A DNA stretch of 40,508 nucleotides from a virus (IMGVR_UViG_3300048894_000019:1-40508), one strand, 5' to 3'. Positions 1 to 8,187 are shown, numbered from the stretch's first letter. Numbers and translations are program-made. The notes: a model not told the origin generated them from the letters alone.

Positions 1-44
1 GTCCTGGGCGCATCGCGCCTCAGTTTCGACCCACCCCTTGCCGT

Positions 45-398
45 TCAGGTTCGCCCCCGGGCCGGCATGAACCCGTCGAAACTGAACGGCGCGCGCCTTT
101 CGAGCTCCGTCTTCCTGCGATGGCAGGCCTTGCAGATCGCCTGCAGATTCGCCAGATCGTCGCTCCCGCCGCGTGCCTTCGAGAGTACGTGGTCGACCTC
201 TACGGCTCGCGTATAGCGTCCACGGCCATAGCAGGGGATGCAGATGCCTCTGTCGCGCGTCAGGACCTGCAGCCTCAGCGCTTCCCATGCAGCGCCATAC
301 CCGCGGTCCTGCCTACTGCCGCGACGGCTGTCCGGCGCCCAGCCGTGCGTCTTCGGCGCGCGTGCGCGCGGCCGATGGACTGGAGGCGCGGTCGGCAT
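45..398 (-). CDS. HNH endonuclease, cos-packaging associated (HK97 gp74-like)
   Basis: CxxC...VDHV..K.RGGSDDLANLQAICKACH..K HNH motif; adjacent to terS once the two window ends are joined. Confidence 0.9.
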   Translation of the reverse strand: MPTAPPVHRPRARAPKTHGWAPDSRRGSRQDRGYGAAWEALRLQVLTRDRGICIPCYGRGRYTRAVEVDHVLSKARGGSDDLANLQAICKACHRRKTELERRAPFSFDGFMPARGRT

Positions 399-568
399 CA
401 GTGCGTGTCGATCGGCGTGCCGTCCAGATAGCGCGCTGGTTCGGCTTCCTGCTCATCTTCCCCATCGTCCAGCAGGACCTCGAGGATCGCCTGGTTGATG
501 ACGGTATAGCCGCGCAGCGCCTCGGTCAGTTCACCGATGGCAGCGATCAGCGCGCTATGGTCAGCCAT
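398..568 (-). CDS. small acidic hypothetical protein (56 aa, MADHSALIAAIGELTEAL...)
   Basis: Read manually (below ORF-track cutoff); stop overlaps the HNH start; fills the gap in the minus-strand late operon. Confidence 0.6.
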   Translation of the reverse strand: MADHSALIAAIGELTEALRGYTVINQAILEVLLDDGEDEQEAEPARYLDGTPIDTH

Positions 569-659
569 TCGCACGCTTCTCCTTGCGCGCGCGGATGATA
601 GCGGCAGCCTTTGCCATCAGCCGCCTCAGCGCCTCACGCCGTTCCGCGCATTTGCACAT
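561..659 (-). CDS. small basic hypothetical protein (32 aa, MCKCAERREALRRLMAK...)
   Basis: Read manually; start overlaps the o-spanin stop and stop overlaps the next ORF's start region. Confidence 0.45.
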   Translation of the reverse strand: MCKCAERREALRRLMAKAAAIIRARKEKRANG

Positions 660-949
660 CAGCGCACCGGCCCGCAATCGTCCGGCTTGACCGGTTGCCC
701 GGCGTCCAGCTTCGTCAGCAGACGCCGGATGCAGTTGTCGAAGTCGATCATCGCGCCGCGCGCGTTCTCATCCTCGAGCCTATCGCCCATCGCATCCGAG
801 GCTGGCATTGGCTTGATCGTCTGTTTCGTGGCCCAGGTCGGCAGCGGCTTGTAGCGCTCGACGACGACCGTGACGGTCTTCGGAATCGTTGGGGCACTCG
901 CGCATGCGGTCAGCAGCAGGATCGGCATCAGCCAGAGGATCCGGTTCAT
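659..949 (-). CDS. outer-membrane lipoprotein spanin (Rz1-like)
   Basis: Signal peptide with lipobox LLLTAC, Pro-rich; directly follows the Rz-like gene. Confidence 0.8.
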   Translation of the reverse strand: MNRILWLMPILLLTACASAPTIPKTVTVVVERYKPLPTWATKQTIKPMPASDAMGDRLEDENARGAMIDFDNCIRRLLTKLDAGQPVKPDDCGPVR

Positions 950-1431
950 AGCCCGCAGACCTTCTTCACGTCGGTGTTCAGCAGGACCGCACAGGGCGGA
1001 TTCTTCCGCGCCTGCTCGAGGCGCTTGCCGAAGCCTGCGATCGTGGCCGCCATCTGATCGGCAGCATGATCAGCCGCAATCTTCGCCTGATCGCTGTCCC
1101 GCTTCGCCTGCTCAGCCGCGGCGATGCGCGCGGCGTTGGCCTCGTTCTGGGCCGTAAGTGCACTGCCGGCGGCGCGCAAGGAAGCGGCGTCCGCGAGTAG
1201 TTGCCTGTCCTTCTTTGCGATTAGGCTGGCATCAGCCGCCTTCTGCCATTGCTCGCCCTTGTGTTCGAAGTAGAACGAGGCGATGACCGCGAGCACCAGG
1301 ACCAGCAGCATCTTCCAGTTGCCCTTGATGAAAGCCAGCGCGAGCACTGGCTGCAGCGCGCAGAGCGCGATCGCCAGCACGACCAGGCCGACGATCAGCC
1401 AGTGATGCCCGAGGAAGATCAGGATGCTCAC
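946..1431 (-). CDS. inner-membrane spanin (Rz-like)
   Basis: N-terminal hydrophobic segments followed by an Ala-rich coiled coil; position in the lysis cassette. Confidence 0.75.
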   Translation of the reverse strand: MSILIFLGHHWLIVGLVVLAIALCALQPVLALAFIKGNWKMLLVLVLAVIASFYFEHKGEQWQKAADASLIAKKDRQLLADAASLRAAGSALTAQNEANAARIAAAEQAKRDSDQAKIAADHAADQMAATIAGFGKRLEQARKNPPCAVLLNTDVKKVCGL

Positions 1432-1760
1432 GAAATCACCTCGCCACCTTGGATCGATCCCTTCCAGTGCTCATCATCGATCTCGGATGTCGGCGCAAGC
1501 GTTAGATCGTCGAAGCTCGCTCCCAAAGCCGTCCATCGAACATGGCTCGGGAACGGACCATCAGGAACGCCGCGGCCGTCGAACCAGCAGATTGCGTGAC
1601 CGATGCAGGTTTCGTCGCCTTCATTGCCGGCGCAGATTGGACAGATGAAACGCACGCCCTGCGCCTGCTCCGGCGCGAGCGATGCTGCACCGATTGCATA
1701 ACTCCCGTTCGGCTGGACGCCGACGAGCCATTGCGGATCGAGATCAGTCAATCTCACCAC
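1428..1760 (-). CDS. Cys/His metal-binding hypothetical protein (DUF6527-like)
   Basis: FICPIC...H...RWT...DLTLAPT...HWKGSIQGG pattern; overlaps both neighbours. Confidence 0.55.
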   Translation of the reverse strand: MVRLTDLDPQWLVGVQPNGSYAIGAASLAPEQAQGVRFICPICAGNEGDETCIGHAICWFDGRGVPDGPFPSHVRWTALGASFDDLTLAPTSEIDDEHWKGSIQGGEVIS

Positions 1761-2287
1761 GCGCCTCCGGAACAGGTATCAATTTCCCACTGCCGACGCA
1801 CGATGACGCCGTGGCAGTTGTTCGCACGGATCCGGCAGTCGCGACCGCTCGCGCGGAAATAGTGATCCAGCGCCCGACACGCAGCGACGTGATGATCGCT
1901 GTTGATAAGGCGCACAGCGTCAGCCTTGCAGAACCCTGCCGCACCGGTGTTCCACGCGAAATGTGCATACGCCAGCCATTCGTTCCAGCTCAGCCCGTCG
2001 CCGGTCAGGCAACGCGACATCGCGGCGCCGAGCCCGATCGCGTAATCCATTTCCAGCCGGTTGCATTCGGCATCGGAATAGATGTGATGGCCGTCGACCT
2101 GCGGGCCGGTGATGCCGGCGCAGACCGTCCAATAGTGCTCGCCCTGCAGCCGATATGGGACGCTTTTGTAGCCCTCGCCGGTGGGCCCTGGCTGGTGCAG
2201 GCTCAGCAGCAGGACCGGAATCAGCGCGAGCGGCAGGACCTTGTAACGGGTCCGAACGCTAGGCGCCGGCATCGTTGGTGTCGTCAT
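1754..2287 (-). CDS. endolysin, GH24 lysozyme, possible SAR type
   Basis: EGYKSVPY...WTVCAGITG, FAWNTGAAGFC, GVIVRRQWE motifs; weakly hydrophobic N-terminus; start uncertain (2287 or 2272). Confidence 0.85.
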   Translation of the reverse strand: MTTPTMPAPSVRTRYKVLPLALIPVLLLSLHQPGPTGEGYKSVPYRLQGEHYWTVCAGITGPQVDGHHIYSDAECNRLEMDYAIGLGAAMSRCLTGDGLSWNEWLAYAHFAWNTGAAGFCKADAVRLINSDHHVAACRALDHYFRASGRDCRIRANNCHGVIVRRQWEIDTCSGGAW

Positions 2288-2564
2288 GTTCCGGCTCTGG
2301 AGGCGTCTGCGCCTTGAGGCGCGCATACATCGAACCGAGGAAGACGCCAGCGACGAGTAGGCCGAACGCGATATTCGGCAGGACGTGCAGCCACGGCACG
2401 GACATGGCAGCCAAGCCGGCCGAATAGCCCAGCGCGACGAAGAAGCCGCTCAGGCTCCAGCGCACGGATCCGAAATGAAAGAAGCGCCGCCATTCCGGGA
2501 TGACCTTGCCGGCATCGACCTTCGCGTCGATCTTCGCGGCGACGTTGTCCGGAATGATGTTCAT
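2259..2564 (-). CDS. holin
   Basis: 101 aa, two TM segments, EWRRFFHFGSVRWS motif, immediately upstream of the endolysin. Confidence 0.7.
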   Translation of the reverse strand: MNIIPDNVAAKIDAKVDAGKVIPEWRRFFHFGSVRWSLSGFFVALGYSAGLAAMSVPWLHVLPNIAFGLLVAGVFLGSMYARLKAQTPPEPEHDDTNDAGA

Positions 2565-2884
2565 TTCACCGCCCTGACACCTTCGTAAACCTCCATCCGC
2601 CGCTTCAGGTCGTCGTTCGATTCCTTCAGCACGGCTAGGTCCTGCTTCATTTCAGGGACGCCCGCGATCGTCGTATTGATCCCAGCGAGCTGCACCTTCA
2701 CAGCAGCCATATCGACGGCGTTCTGCCATTGAAAGACGATCACGGTGCCGATCATGGTCACGAGCGCGCTCAGCAACAGCATGACGATGCCGCGATACCA
2801 GAACTGGAACGACTCCTCATGCACGCGCTTCGCCATGTGCGGCGCATCGGCCTTGATTTCGGCTTCATGCTGGCGCCAGTTCAT
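2561..2884 (-). CDS. membrane protein (single TM plus coiled coil; holin/antiholin-like)
   Basis: Start at MNWRQHE with upstream purine-rich RBS; one TM then coiled coil; first gene of the lysis cassette. Confidence 0.6.
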   Translation of the reverse strand: MNWRQHEAEIKADAPHMAKRVHEESFQFWYRGIVMLLLSALVTMIGTVIVFQWQNAVDMAAVKVQLAGINTTIAGVPEMKQDLAVLKESNDDLKRRMEVYEGVRAVK

Positions 2885-2928
2885 GCTTCCGCTTCCTTCA
2901 CGAAGGGCATGGCTGGCTCCGGATAAAT

Positions 2929-3015
2929 GCCGGCAGCAGTGGGGAGACTGCCGCCGGCGGCTTGACGAGGTGTCAAGCGAGCCCAGGGGATTGGGCGAGG
3001 TTGCGCTTTCGCGCA
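2929..3015 (-). ncRNA. candidate structured RNA: four tandem hairpins downstream of the tRNA
   Basis: Stems at 2929-2958 (12 bp, G-U only on the minus strand), 2960-2978 (7 bp), 2981-2996 (5 bp), 3002-3015 (5 bp, GAAA tetraloop). Confidence 0.45.
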
Positions 3016-3017
3016 TT

Positions 3018-3092
3018 TGGTAGCGGAAGTCCGATTTGAACGGACAACCTCCGGCTTATGAGACCGGCGATCTGCCATTGATCTATTCCGCT
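3018..3092 (-). tRNA. tRNA with CAT anticodon (Met/fMet-like; Ile2 not excluded)
   Basis: AGCGGAA/TTCCGCT acceptor stem plus ACCA, D arm GATC/GATC, anticodon arm CCGGT-CTCATAA-GCCGG, T arm GTCCG-TTCAAAT-CGGAC. Confidence 0.9.
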
Positions 3093-3105
3093 GAAAGCAG
3101 GCAAC

Positions 3106-3132
3106 AAAAATGCCGCCGACCTTTCGGTGGCA
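3106..3132 (-). terminator. intrinsic terminator (tR'-like) just after the late promoter
   Basis: 9-bp stem with one mismatch (3111-3119/3124-3132) followed by TTTTT on the minus strand. Confidence 0.65.
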
Positions 3133-3147
3133 GCATTGGATGCTGGC

Positions 3148-3175
3148 AAAATACGCCATTTCGCTGTGAAGTCAA
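3148..3175 (-). promoter_or_regulatory. late promoter (pR'-like)
   Basis: TTGACT-16 nt-TATTTT overlapping the end of the Q-like gene. Confidence 0.55.
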
Positions 3176-3741
3176 GCTGCGACGTGGTTCGCTGCGCAAA
3201 CCTTCTCACGTCTTTCGAGCAGATCAGCCAGTTCATGGCCCATGCGCGACTTGACCTCCGCGAGCGCGTTCTGCCGGATGCCCTCGAGCCATTGGCCGGC
3301 GACCTTGACGTGATGCGCCAGCGCGGACGGCTTGGTGCAAAGCAGATAGGCATATTCGCCTATATCGCCGCGGCTGAAGCGAAGGCTCGCCAGCTCGCGG
3401 ATCGCCAGCTCGCAGCCGAACCGGATCAGGCAGCGTTTCTCGCGGTCCATGCCGTCCTTCTCTTCCTGGTTCTCCCATGCTCGGCGCAGATGCTCGCGGT
3501 GCATCAGCGTGCAGCCGTAGTGCGTCTCCAGCACCATCGGCCCGATCCGGCCCTGCGTCTTGATGATCATCCCGAGCGCGCCGGCGATGGCCTGATCGCC
3601 GAGGCCGCCCGGATTCATCCCGCCGAAGCCGTCCCGGATATCGCGATATGCCGTTTTCGTCAGCATGGACGCAATGCGTTCCTCCATGGGCTTGGATTTG
3701 TCAGCCTTGTCCGACTGCCCCTCGACCTTTGGCCTCGCCAT
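3172..3741 (-). CDS. putative late antiterminator (Q-like)
   Basis: Position: last early gene before the promoter-terminator-tRNA-lysis block; helical C-terminus; family not confirmed. Confidence 0.55.
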   Translation of the reverse strand: MARPKVEGQSDKADKSKPMEERIASMLTKTAYRDIRDGFGGMNPGGLGDQAIAGALGMIIKTQGRIGPMVLETHYGCTLMHREHLRRAWENQEEKDGMDREKRCLIRFGCELAIRELASLRFSRGDIGEYAYLLCTKPSALAHHVKVAGQWLEGIRQNALAEVKSRMGHELADLLERREKVCAANHVAA

Positions 3742-3759
3742 TACCTTCCCCTCATCAGG

Positions 3760-3957
3760 TCATAGATGCCGAACACTTCGCTGCGGAAGTCGGCCAGATG
3801 GATCGCGCGTGAACGTGCCGATCTCGATGCTGCCCGGACGCATGAAGCGCGTGATCTCCGCGAACGGCGTCAGATAGAGCGTTCGCGCTGTCGGCGGTGC
3901 GAGCTCGGCCAGCTGCAGCCATGCCGATTCGACGACCAGTTCCAGCGCTTCGCTCAT
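3760..3957 (-). CDS. hypothetical protein
   Basis: Start at MSEALEL overlaps the upstream stop (ATGA). Confidence 0.5.
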   Translation of the reverse strand: MSEALELVVESAWLQLAELAPPTARTLYLTPFAEITRFMRPGSIEIGTFTRDPSGRLPQRSVRHL

Positions 3958-4151
3958 CGCTGGCCCTTCCTGCGCTGGTCCTCGATCAGCCATCCGCGCG
4001 CCCATTCGTGATTTAGCTCGCGCACGAGCTTCGTGCTGCCGCGGAACGGGTTGTCTGCAGCCTTGCCACCATTGCGCCGGCATTCCTCGCCGCGGCCGCG
4101 CGCTTCTTCGTAGCGCTTGCGGAGCGCGTCTGTGCGCAGATCGGCACTCAT
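3954..4151 (-). CDS. Rmf/CrpP-fold-like small protein
   Basis: G..CRRNG....DNPF........EWARGW pattern; start at MSADL coupled to the upstream stop. Confidence 0.5.
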   Translation of the reverse strand: MSADLRTDALRKRYEEARGRGEECRRNGGKAADNPFRGSTKLVRELNHEWARGWLIEDQRRKGQR

Positions 4152-4417
4152 CGCAGAACCTTGCGTTGTTCTAAATATCTGTCGATCGCCGAACCGATAG
4201 CCCATCCATGCGCAGGATGCGAAAAGAAATAAAAGATGAAGCAACAGATTCGCGCGAACGTCTCGCGCCGCGTTACATGCTCGCCAATCGCTTCCTCAAT
4301 GGTCATCTTGTTTAACCGATATCGGAGCGTGCGCTCAGGAATGCCGAAGCGTTTCGACAGCGCAGGAATCGTCACCCGTTCGCCCTCATATTCGAAATAG
4401 CGAATGATGCCTCTCAC
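4148..4417 (-). CDS. small HTH DNA-binding protein
   Basis: YEGERVTIPALSKRFGIPERTLRYRL..MTIEEAI. Confidence 0.65.
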   Translation of the reverse strand: MRGIIRYFEYEGERVTIPALSKRFGIPERTLRYRLNKMTIEEAIGEHVTRRETFARICCFIFYFFSHPAHGWAIGSAIDRYLEQRKVLR

Positions 4418-4965
4418 GCGCGCGATTCCAGGCCGAGATACCTCTCGATCTCTTCCCTGGCTGATTCCCAGCCTTCACAGACCAGGGCGCGATAGCCGTG
4501 ACCGTTCATGCGCGCGAGCCATGCTTGCTGGTCATCGCTAACGGTCGGCTTGCGCAAAAGCTCAGCGCGCGTTGCCTTCAGTTCGATGCGCAGTCCATGG
4601 AATGCTCCCCGTGGAACATCGAGGAAGATGTCCGGGACGCCTGGCCGCACGCCTTGCGCCTTCAGCCGGCCGCCCTCGCGTGCGTCACGCGCGCCGCCAT
4701 TCGGAACATGGAACAACATGTCGAGATCCGGATGCTTGCCCTTCGCGCGCGCCGCCCAGGTAAAGAGAGCCTCCTGGTGCGCGTCCTCGGGATGCTTGGG
4801 TTTCGCGCGTGGAGCGTTGATAGCTGGCGCGATCTTGCCCTTGCATCGTGGGCAATTCGTGGCGGCCGTATTGATCTGGAAGCCACAAGCGCAGGAACGG
4901 AACGGCATGGCGCATGATCGTGGCATGCGCTTGAGCTTGCTGCGCGCGGCCGTCGCAGCAGTCAT
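4414..4965 (-). CDS. VRR-NUC nuclease (resolvase-like) with N-terminal Zn ribbon
   Basis: E..HQ, FHVPNGG, GVRPGVPDI, IELKA, Q..W motifs; CxC...CPRC; start at MTAAT. Confidence 0.85.
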   Translation of the reverse strand: MTAATAARSKLKRMPRSCAMPFRSCACGFQINTAATNCPRCKGKIAPAINAPRAKPKHPEDAHQEALFTWAARAKGKHPDLDMLFHVPNGGARDAREGGRLKAQGVRPGVPDIFLDVPRGAFHGLRIELKATRAELLRKPTVSDDQQAWLARMNGHGYRALVCEGWESAREEIERYLGLESRA

Positions 4966-5156
4966 GGATTCACCCTGGCGCCGGTGCTGACATAGCGCGC
5001 GACGCCAGATGGATCGCGGTATGTTTCCCCTGGTCGATGCCGCAGCGCGCCGGATATCTCGGACTGGCTCACGCCAAGGAATAGCGCGATCTCGCGGCGG
5101 TTGCAGCGTTCCGCGCGCAGTGCCCGGATCGCCGTCGCGGTCGTTTGCGTCCTCAT
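4962..5156 (-). CDS. small HTH protein
   Basis: NRREIALFLGVSQSEISGAL helix-turn-helix; start coupled to the rep stop. Confidence 0.65.
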   Translation of the reverse strand: MRTQTTATAIRALRAERCNRREIALFLGVSQSEISGALRHRPGETYRDPSGVARYVSTGARVNP

Positions 5157-6199
5157 GCCGCCACCGGATATTTCGCATGCGCTGCAGCGACCAGGCGATC
5201 GCGCTCGGCCTCGTCGATCACGTCGAATCGGAACTGATCGGCGATAATCGCAAGCTCGCACTCGAGCGGATCCATGGGGTTGCCGTAGATGCTCGGCCGT
5301 GGCGTTGCCGCTGCAGCCACCGAACCCGCAACGCCAGGCGGCTTGTCCTCCCAGCGGCGGCCGTCGAGGTAGCGCTTCGGGTTGGGAATGTAGCTACGCA
5401 GCCATTGCGGATCGTGCTGCTTGCGGCGCGCGACATCGGCGAGGATCACTGGGCTCAGCGCATCGAGATCCATCGCCCGCCATTTGCGTTCGCATTCGAT
5501 CCTGGCGACCTGCACGGGGTAGATCGCCCAGAACGCGTCGAATGGTGACGGAGCCGATGCTTCGGCTTCCGGCTGTTCAGCGTCCAAACCCTCCCCCTCG
5601 CGTACGTGCGCGCCAGCGCGCGGCCGCGGCTTGGGCTTTTGATCTTGATTAGCTCTTCGTTCCGTGTCCCAATTTTGGGACTGCTTCGACGGAAAATTGG
5701 GACTGCTTCCATCCGAAGCAGTGCCGATTTCGGGACTGCTTGGTTCTTCAAGCGGTGCCTCTTCTGGGACTACTTCACCATCCGAAGCGGTCCCATTTTC
5801 GGAGCCGTCCCGTTTTTGGGACTGCTTGTCATCGGACGGCATATCGCCGCGCTGAGAGCCGCATACAGCCTCATTCTCAGAGCATTCAGCGGCGCTCGGT
5901 TCGGAAGATGTCCCAATTTCGGTACTGCTTGGCTTTGCGACCAGCCGATAGACCGTGATCGATTTCGTGCGTCCAGTCTTCTTGCCCGTGTCGACAATGA
6001 AGCCCCATTCCTGCAGTCGTGCCAGGCTTCTGAGCACTGTTTTCCTGTCGAGCTCGGTCACCTCGCATAGATAGGCAACGGACGCAAAGCCCAAAGCGGT
6101 CTCTTCGGCCGCCGCGTCGCCCAGCATGACCAGCACGAACTTCGCGGCGCTCTGTGGAACGTGTTGCCGGCGTGCCCAATTGAACCAATGAGCGCTCAT
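5153..6199 (-). CDS. replication initiation protein (N-terminal HTH; lambda O analogue)
   Basis: AKFVLVML.D.A...AFASVAYL.EVTELDRKTV.R.L..L...G; C-terminal FDAFWAIYP...YIPNP..YL..RRWED; internal iterons. Confidence 0.85.
   Translation of the reverse strand: MSAHWFNWARRQHVPQSAAKFVLVMLGDAAAEETALGFASVAYLCEVTELDRKTVLRSLARLQEWGFIVDTGKKTGRTKSITVYRLVAKPSSTEIGTSSEPSAAECSENEAVCGSQRGDMPSDDKQSQKRDGSENGTASDGEVVPEEAPLEEPSSPEIGTASDGSSPNFPSKQSQNWDTERRANQDQKPKPRPRAGAHVREGEGLDAEQPEAEASAPSPFDAFWAIYPVQVARIECERKWRAMDLDALSPVILADVARRKQHDPQWLRSYIPNPKRYLDGRRWEDKPPGVAGSVAAAATPRPSIYGNPMDPLECELAIIADQFRFDVIDEAERDRLVAAAHAKYPVAA
5666..5930. repeat. replication origin iterons inside the initiator gene
   Basis: GGGACTGCTT or 1-mismatch variants at 5677, 5699, 5732, 5766, 5818, 5921; several preceded by a GTCCC-like half-site forming near-palindromes such as GTCCCAATTTTGGGAC. 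Confidence 0.8.
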
Positions 6200-6516
6200 A
6201 GCTCGGATGTCCTGAAGATGCTTGCATTGATGCGGCTGTCGACGGCGTACGCCCTCCGCGCTGGCGCTTTTGGCTCAGCCGTCGTGGATCCGGAAGGGAT
6301 GGAAATACGCGTTCGCGCATGTCGTGTCTCGACATCGATGCCGAACTCTTCGGCCAGATAGGCCGTCCAGCGGAATGCTGTGGCGCGCGAGCATCCCCAA
6401 TGACGCATAACCTGGTCGATGGTAGGGAAATGGCTCAATGCGCTGGCCCATTTCCACAACCGGATTCCCAGCAACAGATGCGGCACGCGCGCCTCGGTGT
6501 CGAGACCGTTTCTCAT
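6196..6516 (-). CDS. HTH DNA-binding protein
   Basis: PTIDQVMRHWGCSRATAFRW HTH; ATGA overlaps at both ends. Confidence 0.7.
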   Translation of the reverse strand: MRNGLDTEARVPHLLLGIRLWKWASALSHFPTIDQVMRHWGCSRATAFRWTAYLAEEFGIDVETRHARTRISIPSGSTTAEPKAPARRAYAVDSRINASIFRTSEL

Positions 6517-6794
6517 GCGCGCGGACCGACTAGGCGAGGCTTTGATTCACCAGGCTGCTGGTCCGCTATTCCCAGCGGCGCGGGGCCGCGCGGTGCCTTC
6601 GGGATGAAGCCGCTGCCGTCCGATGTGCCGGTGATTTTCAGGAACTCGTTCTCGACCTTGGCCGAATTGATGATGGTCTGCGCGACCTCGGAGATTGCCT
6701 TCGCGCGGTCCAGCTCCATCGGTTTGTCCTTGTCCCGCAGATCCTCCAACGTCGCGAACAGATGCTCGCGCAGATCCTCGATCTTGGTTTTCAT
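6513..6794 (-). CDS. conserved phage hypothetical protein (partner of the adjacent HNH-like gene)
   Basis: MKTKIEDLREHLFATLEDL...RAKAISEVAQTIINSAKVE; ATGA coupling. Confidence 0.75.
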   Translation of the reverse strand: MKTKIEDLREHLFATLEDLRDKDKPMELDRAKAISEVAQTIINSAKVENEFLKITGTSDGSGFIPKAPRGPAPLGIADQQPGESKPRLVGPRA

Positions 6795-7492
6795 GCGCGT
6801 TTTCTCTCGCGATTGGTAATGCGATGTTTGATGGCCGCGTTGAGCTGGATTACCTGTTTGAGCGCAGGCGGCAGGTTGTGGATGGTGTTGCGCCGCATGT
6901 TTTCGGCGTGGGTGACGAGCTCGAGGCGGTCGACGGTGATCAGTGCGGGATCCATGGTCTTCATGCCCGCGCGAAAGCGCACGATGTGCCCGGACGGGAT
7001 CGGACCGTTTACCGACTCCCAAATAAGCCTGGTCACCGCGGTCCAGCGGCGCGCGGGATAGATCGACGGATCGTCGGTGACCTTCCTCTCGAGCTGCCCA
7101 TCGCGCGTTATGCGCAGGCTGCCGATCGGTTTGTAGTTCCGCGCTTCATGCGCAAGGCGGCCCTTCTTGAATTGTGTTTGCGACATACGGCCTGGCGCCC
7201 AGCCTGGGCGCCGCACGCCCTTGTTCGGTGGCGTCTGACCGGGCTTGAATTGATGCGCGATGCTTGCGGGATGCCTTCCCGCCTTCGTGCGCCCGCTCCA
7301 TTCACTGGCGAAGAATCTTGCCGACTTCTTCAGGCCGAGCTTTGCCGCCAGCTGATAGACGGCAGTGAGATCGCGCGCGACGAGATAGGCAATCAGAAAC
7401 GTCGGCCAGTTCGCATAGTTGATGCGCACTGTCTCGATATCATCGGCCGACCAGTAGCGCCTCGTGCGGTAGGTTCCGCGCGCGCGCGTCAT
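6791..7492 (-). CDS. HNH_3-like protein with degenerate active-site motif
   Basis: QFKPGQTPPNKG, TQFKKG, PIGSLR, RLIWESVNGPIPSGH, LELVTHAENMRRN. Confidence 0.75.
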   Translation of the reverse strand: MTRARGTYRTRRYWSADDIETVRINYANWPTFLIAYLVARDLTAVYQLAAKLGLKKSARFFASEWSGRTKAGRHPASIAHQFKPGQTPPNKGVRRPGWAPGRMSQTQFKKGRLAHEARNYKPIGSLRITRDGQLERKVTDDPSIYPARRWTAVTRLIWESVNGPIPSGHIVRFRAGMKTMDPALITVDRLELVTHAENMRRNTIHNLPPALKQVIQLNAAIKHRITNRERKRA

Positions 7493-7884
7493 TGCCGCGC
7501 CTTTGTCGGCCCGAGGCCAGCCGCGGCAAGCATCGCCGGGAGGCCTTGCGCGAACTCCGCCAGCGTCGCGAGCGCGTGCTGTTTCTGCGCTTCGGGATCC
7601 GACAGGAACTTGTCGATGAGGTAGAAGATCGGCGTGTAATCGCCGGTCTTGGCAAGATAGTCCTCGAACAGTTCCAGCCCGACATCGCGCCTGCGGTCGC
7701 CGGTGCCGCCGGACAGTTTCTCCGACAGCTTCGAGGGCGACTCGTCGAGCTTGACGGCGACGCGATCGAGGCCGCGCGAATACACGCCAGCGGCCACACA
7801 GGCGCGCAGCGATATGTGCTTGGCGCTGATGCCAGGCTCAAGGCTAAGCGTCAATTGGGATGCTTGGGGATGAATCGTTCCCAT
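7489..7884 (-). CDS. CII-like transcriptional regulator
   Basis: Follows cro; HTH-like LDRVAVKLDESPSKLSEKL. Confidence 0.6.
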   Translation of the reverse strand: MGTIHPQASQLTLSLEPGISAKHISLRACVAAGVYSRGLDRVAVKLDESPSKLSEKLSGGTGDRRRDVGLELFEDYLAKTGDYTPIFYLIDKFLSDPEAQKQHALATLAEFAQGLPAMLAAAGLGPTKARQ

Positions 7885-7943
7885 TGGTTCCCCTTCCCCG
7901 GGAAAAAAATAGCCCGACCCCTTGCGGAGCCGGACCGGTGTTG

Positions 7944-8180
7944 TTATGCAGCTTTTTCAGCAGCTTCCACGGATTGCATTGGCGCCGGGCCGAACACGTC
8001 CGGCCGCAGCTCATAGCGAGTGACCTTGCCGCCGGTTGCTTCTTCGATGGTGATGCAGTGCTGCGGCGGGATCTGTTTCCAGTTCCGCACCGCTTCGCGA
8101 GTTACGCCACAGATGGCAGCGACCGCCGCATAGGAACCGAATTCCTCGCGATCCTTGATTTCGTCGATTCCGATGTTCAT
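7944..8180 (-). CDS. cro: Cro-like repressor (YdaS family)
   Basis: FGSYAAVAAICGVTREAVRNW..IP...C..IEEATGGKVTRYELRPDVFG; divergent from cI. Confidence 0.85.
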   Translation of the reverse strand: MNIGIDEIKDREEFGSYAAVAAICGVTREAVRNWKQIPPQHCITIEEATGGKVTRYELRPDVFGPAPMQSVEAAEKAA

Positions 8181-8187
8181 GCGCGCA

